Positions 52,000 to 64,000 of a DNA stretch of 64,000 nucleotides are shown here, one piece after another (position 1 is the stretch's first letter; each line of letters starts with the position of its first letter). Both the position numbers and the translations under genes were made by a program. Source of the stretch: Psammoneis japonica (taxonomy: Eukaryota); contig QPGO01000005.1 of assembly GCA_008632985.1 (NCBI GenBank), positions 579,607 to 643,606 of the forward strand. The letters are read 5' to 3'. The notes under the pieces were generated by a model. That model worked only from the letters and a program-made list of their open reading frames with translations, was not told where the DNA came from and searched no databases.

Positions 52000-54150
52000 A
52001 AGAAGGAAAGTAATATTTCAGCGGCAAGCTTCCAAGCAGAATTTGCTTTGAGAGCTTGACGACATGGGACAGCCTCAAATGCTAAAGCTGCAAAGAAAAC
52101 CAGTCTGAACATGTTGCCAAGATTGCTGCAGCAGAGAGAGAAATTCTCAGCTGAACTGTGTTTGTGACTCAATCTAAAGACCTCAATCAGGACCGCAAGA
52201 ACCTCGGTGTCCAGCTTTTCTAAAAAGCATTTTCTGCCTTGACTTGTGGCCCTGCAGAAGCACCCTGTAGAGCCAAATTTTCAAAGAGTCGGAAAAAAAG
52301 AAAAGACACATGCCAGCTCAAGTTTGCTTTCACAGCAAGATCCATTTAGAAAGGACATTCAATGGGAAGGTGCTGCAAAAGGCTTGTGCCGAGGATTGAA
52401 GCAAGAACATGTGCGAAGATTGTCGAGCCAAACACGTTGGCTTTGCAGAGGGTTTTTTCCCATGCAGCTGGTGCAAGCAGGGCCCATGTCAAGGTGTTCT
52501 TGAAGATGTGCACAAACCAGTGAATTTTGTGGCTTTTTCATGAGTTGCTGGTTTCCTGAAGCATCCGAAGTCACCACCATCTTTCTGGACTTGGATTCTG
52601 CGAGTTCACCGCCTCTGCTCAGATGCACATTTCTCAGAGACAAAGTGACCCCCATCAGTGGCACTTTCAGGCTTGAGGTGAAAATGAAAGAGAAATCTGT
52701 TGAACAAGCACTTTCAGGATGTGTGCACTTTTCTGTTTCTTTTTTGTCCTCAAAGTCTCCAAGGCTTTGTTGAATTGCACCACTCCTTGTCTGAGATTGA
52801 TTCATCCCACTTGCTGGGCTGCTGGTGCTGCAATTGAGCAAGCCTCCAAAGATTCACAGAAGACTCCAATCTGTCTTGTGCATCTTTGACTGTGACCATG
52901 AGGCAGAGAAGCATGTCACCACTGTGCTGCCAGTGTGCCAACAGCCAGTGGTCATGCTTTTAGCTGCAATTGCTTCAGTTGTTGGTGGCGGCTGGCCAGA
53001 TCTCTCAAAGTGAGGCCTTTTTGTGAAATGACAAAGTTGTCACTCACTTTAGAAACTTTTGAATGTTGTGGCATGGTCCAGTCTTTTCACCAAATGCAGA
53101 ACAAACCATGTTTGTGCCAGCTGGCAGTGGCAAGAAAAAGGCAAGCTCAAAACGGAAATGAAGAGCACCCACAAAAAGAAATCCAGCAAGCAGGCAGCCA
53201 GTGCAGAATTCTTGTTTGCCTCAATTGTTGATGTGTGATGTTCTCAATTGATCAAACCCCAAACATGATTGCCAAGTGAGCAAATTGTCATTCTTGTGGT
53301 GACTCACAATGGGCTCAGCACAATTTTCTGCTTGATTTGTTGAAGTTGGCACTTGCAGCTGGGCTTTGACAACGGAGAAGCTCTCTGTTTCATGACATGT
53401 TTTTGCCCAAACAATCAGCTGGTTCAAGAAAACTGTCTGGTGACTGGATGGCATGCTGCCAGGGACTTGAAACAAAAAGCACAGCTGGCATCAAGACAAG
53501 TGGACTGCTGCATGATTGCAGTCTTGAGTCTTGAGAGGGGTGGCGGCACACACCATCACAGGTGGAATGAAGCCTTGCCTGTGTTGCATCACCACAAATT
53601 CTCAAGTCATGTTCATCCGCTGCTGCAGCTCAGCACAAAACACATTCAAACCATCAAGGCTGAATTTCTAAAATGTGCCAAACTGTCTGAGACACAGCTG
53701 GCAGCTGTTTCTAAGTCTAGCACCTTGGCAATCCAATTGTCATCGCATCTCTCCCTTGTTGTTCAAACCACAAAACTGCAAATGGCAACTGACACTTGCA
53801 TGCTGGATTTGGAGTTCAAACTCATTGTTGTGAGGAAGAAGCATTCAATGAGCAATGATGGCAAGAGCCACATGACAGAAGATGGAGCAACATGGTCACT
53901 GGCTTCTTTCATTGAGTGTGGGACAGCAAGAGTTGTCTCTGAGAGGATCTTTGAGCTTCCACCCAAGGCTCAGACTGTGACTTTTGTTTTGGCTCTCATG
54001 ACAAAACAAGTGGTTGCCATGAGAGTGGCCAAATGGCATCCCTGGTGTGCTTCCTGTCTGGGGAGGGGGACAACACAAAGTTGGGTGGCAAACCCAGGCA
54101 TGTGTGGCTGTGCCATGTGATGTGTGAGGTCACAGGCATGTCTGCTTCAT
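52000..54150. mobile_element. Unclassified, heavily mutated repeat sequence
   Basis: TA- and CG-depleted, contiguous with the Copia remnant; no recognisable domain. Confidence 0.4.
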
Positions 54151-57100
54151 CAAGCCATTGAGTGCAAACTTGGTGACATTCAGAGCTTGTCTTCTCCTTG
54201 TTGTTCAGGGTGCAAATGTTTTGCCAAGCAATGCAAGAAACAAGTGATTTTTTGCAGATGTCAGCTGCGGAAACACTGGCACACTTTCTGTGCACCCCAT
54301 CACCCAAAATGCACTGAACACCATCTCAGCAGCACCACAGCCTTGGAAGCCAAAGTTGTTGAGATGAGTGTCCCAATCTGCAGGCTGCCAGATGCTGTGA
54401 ATGAACACGATGCACCAATGTGGGCCAAAACAATTGCAAGCTTTCTCTTCTTGTGGCGCTCCCCAATTGTCTCAATGGCATCTTGGCTTGCAAGGAAAGC
54501 ATGAGCTTTCAAAAGCATTGGATGTCCTGCCTCTTCAGCAAGATCAGAAACGAGGTCTGGGATGATCCAGAAGCTCTGCACTTCCCTTGCACCTGTTTGA
54601 GAAGCTTGCAGAGGGGGTTTTGCACTTCCTCCATTTGACTTGCAGAGTGGAAAAGCAGTCAGAAAGTCAGCAGCCATGAGGCTGGTTGCTTCTTGGCACA
54701 AGTGTCCACCCATCTTGTTGTCTTCTGCCTGAGATGTGACAAAGTGAGAGGGGTGACAAAGAGAAAAAAGCTGCAACTGGAACACAGCCATCAAGCAACT
54801 TCACACTGGCCTGGTTCAAAGAAAGGTTCTTCTGGTTGTTGAAAGTGCTCCTGTCTCTCAGCCTGTTGAAGAAATTTTCTTGGCTTTCAATGTGCTCAAC
54901 CCACCATGCTGCTCTTTCTTCAATGCAACAGACTTGAACCCACATGGTGGGTCACTCTCACTTTCCAAGACATGTGCTGGAACATCAGCTGAGCCTGCTG
55001 GGGTCTTTTTCTTTTCCAAGTGTTCTGGCTGGGTTTCCCTGCTCCTGAAACTTGACCAATTTGTTCAGCTGAGTGAGTGGCACTTGGACACCTTCCAATG
55101 TGTGGGATGTGAAATTGCGCCTCCTTGAAAGATGTGTTTTGATCAACACCTGATTTCCATCTGAAGCACACTCTGCATTTCTCCTGAACACATCTCAAAG
55201 GAGTGCAGAGCAGTGCCAACAAGTGTTCTTACACAAAGGGCCCCAAGAGTTGTTGTTTTGCCAGCCATGCTTGCACTTGACACAATGTGAGCACAGCTGT
55301 TGCAACAGAAACCATGTTTGTGCCAATTCCACAGCGCGCATGCCTCACAAAATGTTCAGCAAAAAATTGCAGAAGTGCTGCATGATGACAGCACCATCTC
55401 CAGACAGGCTCTCCAAAGAACATTGAAAATGTCTGGCTTTGATGTCATTGGGCAGTGCAGCCAAATGCATGGCACCAACAAACAATGCAATGCACTGCTG
55501 CACAGGTTGATTGCAATGAAGGTGGTGAAAGACCAAATCACAGAGACAGGCAACATTTGGTGCAATCCAATGATGCCAAGGGTGGCCTGATGGACAAACA
55601 AGAAACCTGCTTGCTTGTCAGAGAACACACATGTGGCATGGTGAGCACAGTCATGACGACAGTGAGGAGGTCAGCAGCAGTGCTGCAAGCCCAGCTGAGT
55701 GCCACAAATGCAGCGCTCTCACCTGAAAACTTGTGTGAGCAGCGAGAAAACACAGTGCTTGTTGTGTGCAATGAGAGGCCTCACCATGCCAAACAACAAG
55801 ACAGCATGTGCAAGGCTTTGCAAGTCAAAATGCTCCTGATGACAAGGATGCATTGTTTTTAGACCACCATGGAGTTTCAAGTGGATCTTCAAACTGTGGA
55901 TGTTGCATCAATGTGGCCAAGAACTCCATGACAGCTTCATTGCTCCCCAGACATTTCATCTTGTTGCTCAGTTCTGTCAGGGTCAACACAAAGTGCTGGG
56001 CGCCTGCGTGTTGGAGACCACGTGCCAAAGTGCAGGTTCTTCTGTTCTTTGGCTTTGTGCTGAAGCTTTGCAGATGTTTTGTGCGCAGATGCCACCTTAA
56101 AAACTGTGGCATCTTGGCTGTGCTGCAGAATTGTGCAGAAATCCCATGACTGGGATTTGAAGATTTGAATCTTTGACAAAGGATGAGCCTCACTCACCTT
56201 TTGTTTTCTCATTCCTTGCCTCCTTGGATTGTTGGTGGAACTGACTTCAGCTGCAAGGGCCAGCAGGTGCATTTCTTCAAGTGCACAGCTGTCTTCTTGA
56301 TTGGCCTTTTTGCAAAAGACATTCATTGTGGCATGCACAAGTTTTTTTGATCTGAGGGCATTGGCAACTCTTTCTCACTGCAGTGCCATCAGAAACTGCT
56401 TGTTTGATGTTTTGACTTGACGGAGCACTTGTGTGATTTTTGCAGGCTGTTGATGACTCAGGGGTTGGAACATGGATTTTGGCCTTCATCAATTCATTGG
56501 GTGATCAGGTTTCTTCACAGTTTGTCCATTTTAAGTGTGGGCAGCAACAGCTGGGGCATTGCAGCCAGCCAGCAAGTGGAAGAACAGGCTCTGCCTCATG
56601 CAGATCAGAATCAAAATCTGAATCTTCTGTCACTGTGATGCAGTCAATGCCAAAATCCATCCCCATGCATCATCCCCATTGCAAGAATTGAGACATGGTT
56701 CAATGGTGCAGACTCAGCTGCCTCCATGACTGCCAAGACCCATGTCACTCAGCCTTGATGTCAATGAGCAATTTTGCCTTGACTGGAGCCAAGGAATGAA
56801 CTTGACTGCACATGATGGTTCCCTCTGCAAACATGGCCTTTGTTCCATGTCAGAACAGCACTGCACTGGCAACCATCTGGCAGCAATGGATTGTTCTGTG
56901 AGAAAAGCACAGTTTGGACAACCATGGATGACATGATGCATCATGGTGCAGCTGTGAGAAGAGAGGCTGAGACAAATCTTTGCTCCATCTGCATCCTGTG
57001 TGATGAGTGCTCCACCCATGGACAAGATGAGCCATCCAATGATGCCAAGGAACACCTTGAACAGCCCCCACATGCAACACATTAGAAGCTTTCTCTGTGA

Positions 57101-60100
57101 ACATTTGGGCCCATGTTCCAGACAAGCAGGCAAAGTGCTGAAGCCACAGTGGGAGAGGGCACCCATTGACAGACTTTTTGGGACATCTGCAGCACTGCAA
57201 CAAGGTGACTCAATCCCAAACATGTTGCTGTCACTGCCACATGACTTGGTGTGTTCTGGGAATGTAGACTGCTTGCTTGGCCATGCCCAGGCATGTTCGC
57301 CAAACTCAAGCCACTTGTGGTCATGATTTTGTTCATCCAAAATCTGAGTCTTCAAGCAAGTTGTTGTGGTTGACAAGGGAAAGTGTGTTGCCACTGTCAT
57401 CACTGCCAAACTCATCAAACAGCAACCCCTCTGGAGACTCTGAAGTTGCAGATACATTCTGTCTGAGCATTGGAGTGGCAGATCCCAAGTTGACAAATTT
57501 CATCTCCCTCTGAAGCTGTGACAGAAGAGGCAGCAGTGGGAGCAGCAACAGGAGCATCCCTGCGGCAGTGCATTGTTGGCAGCACCATTGCCAGGCACGG
57601 CAGTGGTTGTCACAGTGACAACCCTCTTGGGGCATCAGCTGGTCATGGCAAAGGGCCGGAGGATGGTGAAAGGGTCCTTGGAGGGCTCAGAGTCAAGAGC
57701 TTGGCTGGCCATTGGGTCAGCAGTCAGCAGAGTCTCCCGTGCATTGACAGAGAAAGGTTTGCCATGATGGAAGAAACCACCTGGGTCACCACTGGGTGCT
57801 GTTGCAAAATGGTTGTCACAAACCAGCCACATGGCATTGAGGACCAACACAGCCTGCGTTTGAGTTCACAGAGTGAGACCAACATTGGTGGAACAAGAAG
57901 AAGACACACCAAGGTGTTGGCCACTGTGGCTCCTTGGACCCCATTTGGGGATCTTGTTGTCACCCCACAAATTGAAATCCAAAACATGTGTGGGACAACC
58001 CGGTGCGTTCAGATGCTGTGGATGTGCACAGCTGTCAAAGCACAGCTTCTTGGAAAAGAGGCATGGTTCAACCACTGGAAGATGACTTCAAAGGCAGACT
58101 GTGTGAGCAATGGCAAATGGCCAAAATTCCAAGTTGGCAGCATCTGGCCACACAAGGACAGAATGTAAGATCATGGCTCATGCCCACAAAGTGATGGTTT
58201 GAACAGATTGCTCAGCTGTGCCCACAATGGCTCTTGGCCAAGAGTGCTGTGATTTGATTGCTGGCCAAATTCACAAAGATGATGTTGCTGGCAACAGGGT
58301 CAGCAATGATGGCAGACTGCACTGGCGCACTCTTGTTTTTGCTGCCAACATTGTTGCGCCAGATGAAAATGCCAGAAATGCTGAGGAGAAGGTTGTTTCA
58401 AATGAAGATGGAAAACCATGTGCATGAGTGTGAGTGTGCACAAATTCTGAATGAGTTCACACTGGCTGTGCAGTGACACAGGCAAGTCAGAGCTGAGCAT
58501 GGGCAACACACTTTCTCAGTTGTTGCAAAGTGGTGCCATGGCAGCCACAGCAAACAACAGCACCAACTTCAGCACTGAGTTCTTGGGCCAAACAAGCTGG
58601 CATGTGTGGGTGCATGGGCCAAACAAGCTGGTGCATGTGTGGGTGCAGGAACCACAAAAGAACACAGGATGCATCCTTGCATGATCTTGAACAAGCTGGA
58701 CTGGAAAACATTGCAAATCACAAGATGTGCAAACCCAGCAGTTGCGTGCCTCTTGACATGATTTCCTCAGCCCCTTTTGGCAGTTGGCTCTCACCAAGAT
58801 GCAGCCCATGTGGTTGGCACCAAACATGGTGGTCATGCTGTGCGGGGGCTGCATTGTGAGTTGGCATGTTTGGTGTCATGGCATTGCAGCTCCAACTTTG
58901 ATGTGGATGGATGTGCTGTCTTGGGGCGGTGTTTCTCAAAGGAGCGTGCACAGCAACTTGTTTCACCACAGGCTGTGTGGGCAGCAACAAGAAGCAAGCA
59001 AGGCAGATGCATGGGAACGTCATTGCCTCCTGCACAACTGTTTGAAACTGTGGATTTGGCTGTGTGTACAACTTGGCACGCCTGCACGCTGTGAGCTGTC
59101 ACTTGAGAATGATTCATTGTCATTTGGGTGTCTTTGCAGCTCTCCTTTTTCATGGTGTTCAGTGGGAAGAGTGCCACATGAGCATGTCACCTTGTGCCAA
59201 GGGAGATGTTGGCATGACAGAGGTGAGAAACTTGTTGCCAGAGTTGTGGCATTGTCTTTGTGCGTGCCTTTTCTTCTCACTTGTGGCATCTTGTGCCATG
59301 CCGTGATTCAATCAGGTCTGTCAAGGCCGGGCTTTTTCTGTTGCTCTCAATTTTTTCCTTGTCAATCTCAAAGCATTTTGAGCCCAAACAGTGGCCTTGG
59401 CCATTTCCATGGATTTTTTGAGTCTTAGAGAAAGCTCATCTTTGATGTCAGCAGTTGTGAGCACCAGACTTCATTGCACTCTCATTTGGCCATGGGATGT
59501 GTTTGCAGTTCTTGCAGTGCATCTCTTGTCACTCAATCATGTGTGGAGACATTTGGACAGCCATGGCACACTTTTCAGCCCGGCTTTGTTGTGCATGGTT
59601 GGCTTTGGTCTTCCAAAGTGTGCGCCAGTTGACTGCACCAGAGATGTGCTCCAGTTGCAGCGGGGCTGGCATTTTCCCTCTTGACAAAAAATGCTGCCCC
59701 ATGGCCAAAGCAACACTTGCAACCTTGCAGTCAGATGTTGTGCAGTCAGTGCTCTTGACCTTGTGGCTGCAGCATTTGGATCCATGTGTGACTGACCAGC
59801 TTGGAGAACATCATTTTGTCTTGCTGGCCCTGTGCTTTTGGCATGTGGGGCCTGCTGTTGGCTGCTTTCTTGGGTGCAAGTGGCAACTGGTCAAATCCTC
59901 TGTGATGGACTTGGCATTCGTTGCTTTGCCATTGAGAAGAAATTGTTGCAAGCTGTGCACAGAGCAGGTCAAAGTGGTGGGTGTGTTGTGTTGTGCATTG
60001 CACACTTGCTTCACTTTGCTCACTTTTGTGTCATTGCTCTTGCAGCACATGTGACTGACTGTGCAGGACATTCTCCTTCGCCCTCAATTTTCCACACTTG

Positions 60101-60400
60101 CAATGTGCAAACATGATGTGTGCAGTGCTGTCCCTGCCATGCACTGACCTTCACAGGGAGGTCATTTCTTTTCTTTTTTTTTTTCATTCTACGTGCACGC
60201 GCCCAGCTGGCACTGTTGGTGCAGGAGGTCAGAACTCGTGGTTGGAGGGCAGCTCGGTGGTTGGGTGCACAGCACCCTCCTGCACAAAAACATGCCAGGC
60301 CTGCACAAAGCGCATGACGGCTCTGTGCACTGACCCAACGGCAGGAGGTCATTGTCTTGGTGCAACTCCATGCAATCCAATGCAGCACGTGCAATGGAAC
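54150..60400 (-). mobile_element. Ty1/Copia LTR retrotransposon (CoDi-like), highly degenerate gag-pol
   Basis: GCPTHVLDFNLWGDNKIPKWGPRSHSGQHLGVS (~57900-58000) matches the post-integrase FGCPVYVL...IPKW.PR..G.YLG motif. Also VPLTQLNKLVK (RT), LLDGCVPVAAFFSL, and ADICKK (~54250, RNase H ADIFTK). The order INT-RT-RH is Copia-type. LTRs not identified. Confidence 0.8.
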
Positions 60401-60919
60401 ATGTTGCAATGCCACGCATTAAATTTGTGTGGTGCTGCGCCGTTTCCAATCAACTCGCCCCACTCCAAAAAACACAAAACACAGCAGCGCCGCAACAAGG
60501 CCTTTGCCATCATCAATCAACCCCCAAACCCAGGCTGGCTCTGTGGAACACCTTTTTCATTCTTTGTTCCTCTGTGGAGGCTCTGCCATTTTGCTCTGTT
60601 GCCTTTTGTGTGAGTTTCTCTTGCTCTTCTTGTGGCTTGCTTTTTGGGGTGTGTTGGTGTGGTGTGTTGTTGCCATCTTGTCACATTCTGCATGCGGCTG
60701 TGTTTGTTGTTCTCAGCTGATGCCTTGTGCTCAAATGGGATCTCACATGCTCAGCTGAGAATGTTGTTGCTTGTTTTCCTCAGCTGGTTTGAAGATCTCA
60801 GCTGAGAAAGATCTCATCTGATGTCCCTCAGCTGAGATTGTGGCTCAGCTGAGACACCCTGTCATCCACCACACTCAGCCGACAATGTTGTTGTTTGTTC
60901 ACATTCTTTCAGGCCAAAA

Positions 60920-61863
60920 AAGGATGAATGGCATGCAGCGTGGCCTGGTGAGACTTGAAGAGGAGGTGGAGGAACAGCAGTTGAGAGAAGGCTTGGAAGA
61001 TGCCACCAGATGGAATGACCAAAGTTGCACCCTCCTTTTGGATGAGACGCCAGTGCGCCCCACTTTGTTTGGCCAAGCCCCACACCCAGCAGCAGCCAAC
61101 CCACCTGATGCAGCAGCTTCAGCCCCTGCCAACTCCTCCACATCCAGCTTGGTCCTTGCTCCTAGTCATGAAAACAGAAAGAAGCAAAGAGAGAGAGAGA
61201 GAGAGAAGGCAGAAGAAGGCTCTCAAACACTTCTGTCACTGCCTGAAGCACTGCAGGCACTCCAACATTCATGTTGAAGATCTCAGGCACCAAGACATCA
61301 GCGCCAACCTGATGGAGGGGTTTCTGGTCCATCTGGCCAATGATGCAAAGTGCCATTGCAGCAAGGCGCCCAATGCACAGAGCCTGTTGCTTGGGTCTGC
61401 AACTGGGTGCGCCAGTGAAACAAAAGTTTGCCTGATCCGGAGGCACCCCAACAAGCAAAGTCCTGCAGTGCTCACTGCTGAAAGGTGGTCCAAGCTGCTG
61501 TCAGACATGAAGACAACCATTGTTGACAGGCACAGAAAAGAAGGGATGGTGGTGGTGAACCCTCGGGAGGCGTCAACACAACAAGACAGGGAGGCTGCGG
61601 CATTCATTGTCATTTGGGTGGGTGACTCTGAGTCATTTGAGTTTCACTTCTTGGACATTTGCTTGTTCCAGGCTTCTGGCAGAGGAACTGAAGTGGCCAT
61701 TGGAGGCAAGCAGAAAATTTCTGTTGTGATGCAGCATGAAGAAACGATGGATCACCCAATCATTGTCCACAGCCTCATGAGGCACAAGACCAACAAGCAC
61801 CAGAATTTGAAAATGTGCCCTCACCAGGTGAGTGACAGATCTCAGCTGAGTTTCTGTGGATGA
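60920..61863 (+). pseudogene. Crypton-like tyrosine recombinase fragment
   Basis: FLVHLA...LGSATGCASETKVCL...WSKLL...LFQASGRGTEV...RHKT resembles the N-terminal and catalytic Arg (GR.SE) and KT regions of stramenopile Crypton YRs once C/H are read as Y. Truncated before the HxxR/Y motifs. Confidence 0.55.
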
Positions 61864-62031
61864 GTCGATTTGTTCAGCTGAGCATTTTGACTGACTCAAC
61901 CCCGGGTGCTGCCACCTCTGACCCATGCGTTCCTCTCCCTCTTCCATGATGCCAGGACAACTGGAAGCTTGACTGCTGCGTTGCCTTTGCCATGCAACCC
62001 AGAGTTTTACAACCAGCTCCAACTGGTGCTG

Positions 62032-62800
62032 TCAATCCTTCACCAGTTGGCACTTTAGAAGAATGACAAGGAATCTGCGATGCAGCAAACCCTTTCCAGG
62101 TGCATTGCAGCCATGAACACCGGGGGCCCAAAATTTGTCCTCCTTGATTGCGGTCTGAAGTCGGCCCCACCATGCCCCAAAACCCATGGAGCATCCCAGG
62201 CGAAAGTGCTTGTCTAAAACATTGAAATGCTTGGCACAGAGATGTTCATGATTGGCCTCAGTGTCCTCAGAACGAAGCCTCTTGACGTGGTCAGGCAGAC
62301 AGTGTGTTCCATGCATGTTGGCAAAAACCTTGCCAGGGACCTTCTGGCCAGATCCAAACACCGCCTTGAAGGCAAAAACAGCAGCCAAATTTTCAGCAAA
62401 ACTTTTGTGAGCAGCCTTGGGGTTGCTGCGCGCCATGCCTTCCCCAACAGTGGGTGGAACCTTCAGATCCATGGCTTCCTTGTGGCAAGCAATGAGGTGC
62501 TGCAACAGCTCCTTTTTGCCCTGAGGCAAGGGAATGATGCCAGGTTCCACAGCAGAAGCACAAGCAGGTGCAGCCTGGCATGCAGCCTTGCGCCTCTTGG
62601 GCTTGCTCTGGCCCTTGGCAGCCTTGCTGCTTGCCCTTGCCATGGGCTCCAGCGGTGCTGGCACCAGCGCCGTCACCGCCAACAGCTGTGGAGGCACCAC
62701 CAGGAGGAGGAGCTTGAGCAACACGTCTCCCAGCACTGGCAATCTCAGCAGTCCTCTGCATCGATGCCAAAGCAGCAGAACATCGCCCCGGTGGGGGCGG
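62032..62800 (-). other. Unidentified TA-depleted ORF remnant between CTCAGCTGAG clusters
   Basis: The 260-aa ORF has a protein-like central part (KKELLQHLIACHKEAMDLK...HEHLCAKHF) and no Tyr. It converges on the YR fragment. Confidence 0.35.
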
Positions 62801-64000
62801 AGATGGGTCTGCAACCAAAGGAAGAAAGAATCTCAGGTGAGTGAAATCCTTCAGCTGAGAAAAAATTTAACAAAAGGCTCAGCTGAACACTCAGCTGAGC
62901 CGATGAGGGATCATTGTGCTCAGCTGAGCAGGTGGGCTGAGCTGGAGAATGGGGCTCAGCTGAGCAAAAACCAACACCAAAAACCACCAGCAGTGTGTCG
63001 TGCACGTGCAGCAGTGCAGCTGAGAAGCAAAGACAAAACAACAAACCTCCTGTTTCCAAAGAGGAAGGAAGCCACGGTTCATGGCAACAACTCACCTCCA
63101 CTGTCTTTGAGATTTGCTCATCCAGTTGGGTGGGGCATGTTGACAGCAGTCGTTGTGGGTCGTCCGAGTGCGATGCGATGCGGTGTTTGCGTTTGGTCGG
63201 TTGTGTCTTTGTGTGTGTGTGGAGGAGGAGGAGGAGGAGCGAGCAAGCGATTCAAGTGAGTGAATGGTCAGAACTTTGGGGTTCGCTCTGGTGTTCGCGG
63301 ATGTCAGAATTCAAGTGATGCGCTCGGGCAATGTCACGCGCCGGAGCTCGCGGTCCGCATGTGGAGCGCACGGTTGTTTTTTCCGTGCTGCTGACGTGCA
63401 GTGCCGTGCACCATGGGATTGCATGCAGTGTCAGCCCGGGGTCAGCCGGGGGTCAGCGCGGTCAGCGCGGGGGGGGAGTGCAGTGCTGCATGAGTGCTGC
63501 ATGAATGTGCCAGTTTTTTTTCGATTTTTTTCTTCAGTTTCGTTTCTTTGGAGCTGCACACAATGTTTTTTGTTCGTCAACAAAATTACAATGTTTGAAT
63601 GTTTGGTTTTTCCGAAATGTTCACACGTTCATGTGTGTTTGAACAACCAGTTGTTTCGATTTTTTGTGCATTCATGGATGTTTGAATGTTTGGTTTTTTC
63701 GATTTTTTACCGCTCAAATTCCATTTTTCGATTTTTTCCAATTTTTTCACGCGCCACCGCACTCAGGACACATGACACCCGCACGACATCAACAAAAAAC
63801 AAAAAACAAAAGGAGAGATGAACATCACAGGCTCAGTTGAGTCTGTGTGAACATGGAGTGTCAGATCGACATCGCCACACACAATGGCAAAAGGCCGAAA
63901 GCGAGTTGATCAAAACATGGGACACTTTTCTCGTTTCACAGTAAACCGCATGGCATGGAATGATCCCATGAACATGCGACACGTTCCTTTTCAACAACAA

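Larger units (their letters stand above)
60712..63025. repeat. Three clusters of the palindrome CTCAGCTGAG
   Basis: Full or near-full copies at ~60712, 60750, 60779, 60797, 60827, 60844; 61841, 61873; 62851, 62878, 62890, 62919, 62955, 63017. Confidence 0.9.

Noticed and set aside
53700..60700. LTR pair, PBS and PPT of the Copia element
   Set aside because: I could not match two direct repeats by eye; the element is too degenerate or truncated.
60712..63025. CRISPR-like array
   Set aside because: The repeats are only 10 bp and irregularly spaced, there are no cas genes, and the context is eukaryotic.
14275..64000. Classical RIP or simple CpG deamination as the explanation for TG/CA richness
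   Set aside because: RIP raises TpA, and CpG decay does not remove TpA or turn Tyr into Cys/His. CpG decay contributes only in the older blocks.

Overview
Eukaryotic genomic DNA, very probably from a diatom (short GT-AG introns, frustulin-type Cys repeats, Copia/Crypton/LINE remnants of diatom type). Ordinary host genes alternate with transposon blocks. The host genes are a P-type ATPase pseudogene, a MYND-finger protein, two MerC-family paralogs flanking a DUF389 gene, a CmcJ/AsaB-like enzyme, a JmjC oxygenase, a DNMT3-like C5-cytosine methyltransferase, a PPR pseudogene, COX20, a secreted metallophosphoesterase, BAF60 and an AMT ammonium transporter. The most striking signal is that every transposon block (~14.3-26.4 kb, ~34.7-36.3 kb, ~40.0-41.4 kb, ~52.3-64 kb) is almost devoid of TpA and rich in TpG/CpA, while adjacent host genes are normal. 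Encoded Tyr appears as Cys/His, and TAA/TAG stops have largely vanished. This fits a repeat-targeted TpA->TpG/CpA (A-to-G) hypermutation: RIP-like, but opposite in direction to fungal RIP. It affects DNA transposons, LINE, Copia and Crypton alike. An 8.8-kb Sola-like transposon (27-bp TIRs, ACCA TSD, two ORFs) and a 1.9-kb MITE (38-bp TIRs, TA TSD) can be delimited exactly. All family assignments are from motif recognition by eye; no searches were run.
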